24,875 nt of DNA from an uncultured delta proteobacterium. GTDB lineage: Bacteria; Desulfobacterota; WTBG01; CAIYCZ01. Position numbers and translations under genes: made by a program. Below are positions 19,623-24,875 of this stretch, one piece after another. Positions within the stretch are counted from its first letter, which is position 1, and every line of letters begins with the position of its first letter. The DNA lies in the NCBI GenBank assembly GCA_963803975.1, contig CAWDOY010000033.1:1-24875 (forward strand), given 5' to 3'. The notes under the pieces are model-generated. The model worked only from the letters and a program-made list of their open reading frames with translations, was not told the origin of the DNA and did no database searches.

Positions 19623-22600
19623 TTATAGTGGTTCTATGTTGACAAGAAACGCCTTGAATTCAGGTATCTGGGTGTTAGGATCACCCACACCGGGGCGTCA
19701 GCGAGTTGGCGCTGCCGCCCTTTGCAATTCCCTGGTAGCCGAAATGCCACGGCAAACCGACCACCTCGACCTCCTGGCCGGCAATCGTCAGCTTCTTGAT
19801 CCGGTTTGTCTTCAGGACAAAGGCCTCGATTGAACCGCGGGTATTGAATACCCTGACTTTATCGCCGTTGACCACGCCCAGCTTTGCAGCCAGTGTTTCA
19901 CTCATTTCAACAAACACATCGGGCACCAGCTCCGCGAGCCACGGCAGGTTGCGCGTCATGGCGCCTGCCTGCCAGTGTTCTACCAGGCGGTAGGTCGTGC
20001 AAACATAGGGGAACTTCTCGCAGTTACAGGGTTCGTGCCATGTGGTGATGATTGGATTGTTAAGCTGGCTGTGTCCCATGGGGTTGTCGTACAGCGGCGT
20101 TTCAAAGGGCTCGTAGTGTTCGGGGAAAGGACCGTCCCACCCGGCCCATACCAAAAATCCTGGCAAGGCCCTCGGGCTGCATGATGAATGCGCCGACACT
20201 ATCTTTGGGGGCCGAGGTGCCGAAGTCGCGCACATCCCCGCCCTGCCATGCCGAGCCGTCCCACCAGATAACCTTTTTGTTTTCATTCCAGGGTTTGCCG
20301 TTGGTGTCGCAGGATGCCCGGTTATAGATTATTCTTCGGTTTACCGGCCAGCACCACGAGAACTTGGAATACAGCCCGATATTGCTCACATCCTTACTGT
20401 TATCAAGATCGCGATTTTTGCCCTGGTTGCCGCTTTCGGTGTAGCTTGCGCAATAAAGCCAGTTGCCGGAGGATGTTGTCCCGTCGTCGCGCAGCATGGC
20501 GAAGCTGGGCACCTGGGTCCCTGCGGCATACACTTTCCCGTCAATTTCCACATCCGCATGGAACCTGCCGTTTATGCGCTTTGCCACCTCATTCACATCA
20601 GGTCCGCCGTCCTCGCCAATGCCGTAATTCCAGTCAAGGTGCTGGATGGGCTTGTCCTGCTCCAGCGGGCTGAACCGGTGCAGCTTTTTCACCATTTCGC
20701 CGAGCTTGCCCAGCATCCAGAGGTCTGACTTGGCGACCCGACCCGACCGGCTCCACCGCCTTGTAGCGCCATGCATCCAGCGGCCGCTGTTGGTGATGCT
20801 TCCCCTCCTTTTCCATTGAGGCGGCAGCGGGCAGGAGGAAGACCTCGGTTTTGATGTCCCGGGGATTTACTCCATCGCGTTTCCAGAAGGCCGCTGTTTC
20901 TGTTCCCATAGCTCGGCTACGACCAGCCAGTCCAGCTTGCCCAGAGCGGTGCGCTCGAACTCGGCATCGGGTCCGGCCACCGCCGGGTTCTGCCCCATGG
21001 CGATCATGCCTTTGATGATGCCTGAATCGACGGCCTGGAACAGCGGTATGTGGGAGTAAAGGTTACTGGCGTTACCGGCAGCCTTCGGCAGGTAGTTGTA
21101 GGCAAACTCGTTCTCAGCCGGGCATGCTACGCCGAAGTAGTCTTTAAACAGGCTGACGGCGAATTTCTTGGTGTTCTGCCAGTGGTCGGTGCTCTGCCGG
21201 GTTTATGGTTGTTTTTACCTGCGTGGCAACGTAGGCATCAATCGTTGTCGAAGCAATTGTCGGCACGGGAAGGTACCCCGACAGCAGATGGGCAAGAAGG
21301 GCGTGATCGGTCGAGCCCTGAACGTTGGGACTCACCGCGCAGCGCGTTCACGCCGCCGCCGGCAAGGCCGATGTTGCCGAGCAGGAGCTGCAGCATGGTA
21401 AATGCCCTGATGTTCTGCACGCCGACGGTGTGATGGGTAAAGCCCATGGCGTAGAGGATGGTGCCGACCTTGTCGCGGGCGCCGCTTTTACAGTAGGTTT
21501 CCGCGACCTCCAGAATCTTTCCACTGATGTGCCGGTGATTGCAGAAACCTTTTCCGGGGTATACCGGGAAACGTGTCGGGCCAGCAGCTGAAGACACAAT
21601 CGGGATCTTCCAGACTGTCGGCCTTCACATTGCTGCCGCCGCTGTCCAGCTCATACTGCCAGGTATCTTTTTTATAGGTGTGTTTTGCCGGATCGTAGCC
21701 TGAGAACAGACCGGCTGCGTCATCGAAGCTGAATCCCGCATTGATCTTTGTCAGGGCGTTGGTGTGGCGGTTTCTGACATACTCCTCGTTGTACTACTTG
21801 TTCTGGATGCACAGGTTGATCATGCCGTTGATAAAGGCAATGTCGGTACCCGGCCTGATCTGGGCAAAAAGGTGGGCTTTTGACGACGTCCGGGTGAACC
21901 GCGGATCAACGCTGATGAGCTTTGCGCCGTTCTCGATCGCCTTGGTTACCCATTTGAAGGACATGGGATGGTTCTCGGCAGCATTGCTGCCCATGATCAT
22001 GATATAGTCACTGTTCTTGATATCGATCCAGTGATTGGTCATCGCACCACGCCCGCACGACTCTGCCAGAGCCGCTACAGTTGCGGAGTGTCATATCCGG
22101 GCCTGGTGTTCGAGGTAGACGATTCCCAGAGAGCGCATCAGCTTGCTGTACAGATAGCACTCCTCATTATCCAGGGCCGCGCCGCCGAGTGCGGCGATAC
22201 CCTCACAGCGGTTTACCGTGACGTCGTCCTGTGCGGCAACAAATGTGTCGCGGCGCGTCTTTTTGATTCTGCGTGCGATCATGAAAAGCGCAAGACCCAC
22301 GGAATCTCTTTCCAGTCGTTTGCGCCGGCCCGCCGCCGACAGCACCTTCTGATTGCGCAGGGAGTTGTTTGCGGTTTGATACAGGGAACTGCCCTTTGAG
22401 CACAGCGCTCCCTGATTGATGGGATGATCCGGGTCACCTTCGGTGTTGACTACTCTTTTGCCGTCGGAAGCGGTTACCACTATGCCGCAGCCGCACCCGC
22501 AATAGGGGCAAATTGTCGTTGTTTCAGTCCCCGTCTTGGTTTCGAGGACCTCGGCGTACTCCTTCGCCTTCATCCTTCCAGATGCCGGGCGCGGCATCGG

Positions 22601-22652
22601 TCCCGGGTCATTCCCGACGCGTCTTCAGAAAACCTCGTCTGGTGATGTCCAT
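19623..22652 (-). CDS. fdnG: Selenocysteine-containing Mo/W formate dehydrogenase alpha subunit, Tat-exported, many frameshifts
   Basis: MDITRRGFLK Tat motif at 22652; TICPYCGCGCG; EGDPDHPINQGALCSKG; EHQARI-UGA-HSATVAALAE..GRGAMTNHW; SNAAENHP; TSSGNWLY; TTYRLVEHW; ends IPEFKAFLVNIEPL. Confidence 0.93.
22053..22093 (-). promoter_or_regulatory. In-frame UGA (Sec) and downstream bacterial SECIS hairpin
   Basis: TGA at 22093..22091 is in frame with MTNHW (17 codons on); hairpin GCGGCUCU-GGC-AGAGUCGU (22075..22057) starts 15 nt after the UGA. Confidence 0.88.
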
Positions 22653-22800
22653 AGATGAATCTCCCTTCTTTTTTAATGAGTTAACAAGCCCCCCCGTCAT
22701 CTAATGAACGACGGTGTGTTTCGGTGGTTTTTTATCCTCCTTTCTCTCTCTGGCATATGCCGTTGTGAATACCCGGCCAACGATGAAGCAATGGTCCTCT

Positions 22801-23733
22801 TTAATGTATTGTTTCAGACATGTCCGCGCCTTTTTCCGCTGCTGTTTCAGGAGGAAAAAAGAACAACTTTTTGTAGCCCTCCTTTTCAGCAAACAGGTCA
22901 AGGTATAGGGTTGCAACATCCGCCACTGCGGGAACAAATCCCCCGGTTATCCCGCCGGCTTTTTTTTCATCAAATGTTTTCATGTAGCCCCGGCACTGGT
23001 CGCATACGTCAATGCGCCAGGGGCCGCCTTCTTCGGCAATAAATTTCATGCCGTCTGTCTGCGCGCAATTGCAGTTCTGAGCACTGCAGCCGCATAAAAC
23101 GCCACTCTGCACCGCACAGCAGGCAGTACAGCTGCCGTTTGCCGTCTTCTTTATCAAGCTTTGAAAGCTGGGCGGCGCTTCCGCATACGGGCAGTTGCGT
23201 TTCATCCAGATGTCTTCCTCATCGGCAGGCAGCAACAGCTTTTCAGCCGCTGCCTCAAAAAATGGTTTTGCACAATGAAAGGCGCAGAATAACAGCGTAC
23301 TGGGCGTGACCCCGATGCTTTCAGTCAGCGTTTGAAAGTAGCTGCTGTCCTGTTCCGGCAGCTTTGTGATCATGCCGCCAGATCAATAACGCCGCTGCTT
23401 TTTCGCTTCGATCGTCGCTTGCACGTCGTCGTTGGGGTATGTATCTGATTTTGCATGATACCGCACAACTCCGGGAAAGCCGCCAGCAGGTCTGGTTAGC
23501 CCGCTCGATACTTCCCGATCAAGCACCGGCTGGCCGGCAGCAAGCAGCTGATGGTTTTGCACCTTCGGTCAGCGCGGGAGCAGGAGCCGCCCGTCAGGGA
23601 AGTTTTTGTGTTATGTTGCGCCCTGAAAACCTGGATTGAAAAATTCGACGGTATCCTCGGAGATAAACTCTTTGCCCTTGAGGTTGTCCAGGTGTTGTTC
23701 AATAGCCTTAAGATCAGCAGTGTATACCCTCAT
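22801..23733 (-). CDS. fdhE: Formate dehydrogenase maturation protein FdhE, frameshifted
   Basis: W..RNCPY, further Cys pairs, WRIDVCDQCRGYMKTFD, ADVATLYLDLFAEKEGY; immediately upstream of fdnG; ATG 23733 (MRVYTADLK). Confidence 0.8.
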
Positions 23734-23963
23734 ATTCTCACCATAAATGTATGTTTTTCACGATAGATAAAGAGATTGAAGGAAATTATTCCTCCAATCT
23801 CTTTTGCTGAATAAGGCAGGTGTTTTGATTACTCAAAACCCCTATCGGCCAGTTTTCCCAGAGGGAAAAACAGGCTACAGAGATTGTTTTTTTGTGATGG
23901 AAGGTGCTGTAGATTTGACTTTAAAATTCTTATCAAATTATTATTATGCTTGTCAATAGAAAA

Positions 23964-24875
23964 GTCGCCGTTCCAGATCTCGTCCAGAGTCCCGTGCTGC
24001 AGGTCGCCGAGCACGGTGTGCCGGGCGCGGAAGCACGGGACGACAGCGCCCCGGGCCGTGACGAAGAGCGTCTTCCACGGGTGGGGGCAGACGTCCCTCC
24101 CATCGACGCCCGCCCGGACCGGAGGCTCCGGCGTCATGCCGCCCGCGGCGAGGACGGCCCACGAACCGGGGAGGCACCGCCACTCGGCCATTCGCTGCCG
24201 CACCTCTCAGGGAACCCGGGTGTCTCCGTCGCGAACGCGACGGAGACGTGAATTGCCGGGCGAGGTGGACCATCTCCCGCAGGCGCGGGTGAGCGAAGGG
24301 GTCCGTCGCCGAGGACAGGACGAGCGCCGTTGCCTCGGCCAACCCGGGGACGATCCGGTGGAACGTCTCCATCGGGAGCACGCCCCGATCCCCTTCGGCC
24401 GCGCCGGAGGGCCGGTCCGGCTCCGCCAGCTCGACCCCACAGCTCGACCGGACGATGCGCGACTTCCTGCTGCCGGCCGCGCAGGCTCTCGCGGAAGAGC
24501 CGGAGGTTCGCCTCCTTGCGCGCCGTCCGCGGGTCCCCCGCCGGGGTCCGAGGCCGGGCGCGCCCCAGATGGCCCAGACGCGCTCCAGGTCAGGCAGCTC
24601 GTCCCCGAAGCACAGGACCTGACGGCGTTCCTCGACGGCGAGGACGACGCCGGCCTCGGCGACCTCGAAGGCGGCCGTGTAGAGGTCGGTCGCCCGGTAC
24701 CCACCCGGCTCCCGCGCGCTGGCGGGGACCGGGGCACCGTCCACGTGGAACTGCACGTCGGGGAACGTCATGACGACGTCGATGCGGACCTCCTGGCCTG
24801 CGCGGAGCGCCACCCGGACGCTCGGTGTGAGCCCAGGTGCCGCCCGGGAAAGCTGGGGTTCTCCGGGATGCGGCG
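23964..24875 (-). other. High-GC segment carrying a frameshifted, 3'-truncated radical SAM/SPASM-like gene fragment
   Basis: PMETFHRIV..DPFAHPRLREMV; CPHPWKTLFVTARGAVVPC..VLGDL..GTLDEIWNGD, then cut off; GC 48/60 in 24121..24180 versus 16/60 in 23881..23940. Confidence 0.6.

Noticed and set aside
9..23733. Programmed frameshifting or mass pseudogenisation
   Set aside because: Indels affect unrelated genes, lack consistent slippery sites and increase along the window, which fits sequencing error.
23926..23956. Minus-strand promoter for fdhE (TTGACA at 23956..23951)
   Set aside because: No convincing -10 hexamer at 16-18 bp spacing.

Overview
Bacterial DNA that looks like an anaerobic delta-proteobacterium (Desulfobacterota-like; this is inference from gene content). 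It contains many indel frameshifts typical of an unpolished long-read assembly, and they worsen beyond ~19 kb. Genes in order: Wzz/GumC-like chain-length protein and Wza-like exporter (-); small protein plus nucleotidyltransferase pair, toxin-antitoxin-like (+); NarL response regulator and 7-PAS/GAF HisKA_3 kinase (-); SGNH hydrolase (-); patatin, four-helix-bundle (23S-IVP/Avd-like) protein and amidohydrolase (+); BCAM0308-like protein (-); CobD (+); B12-binding radical SAM (-); internally duplicated multiheme cytochrome c (+); selenocysteine formate dehydrogenase operon fdhE-fdnG-fdnH (-); then an abrupt high-GC tail that is probably chimeric. The most striking unexplained structure is non-coding. 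Many intergenic spacers from 2.3 to 15.9 kb carry short 7-8 bp tandem arrays (GGAGTTRR, GGTGAATS, AAGAGGTR/AACCTTTT, CGAGTCA) combined with a REP-like hairpin. The AT-rich four-helix-bundle gene is bracketed by mutually complementary arrays that supply its start and stop codons, like an intervening-sequence cassette inside an mRNA. The TA-like pair is bracketed by composite direct repeats.
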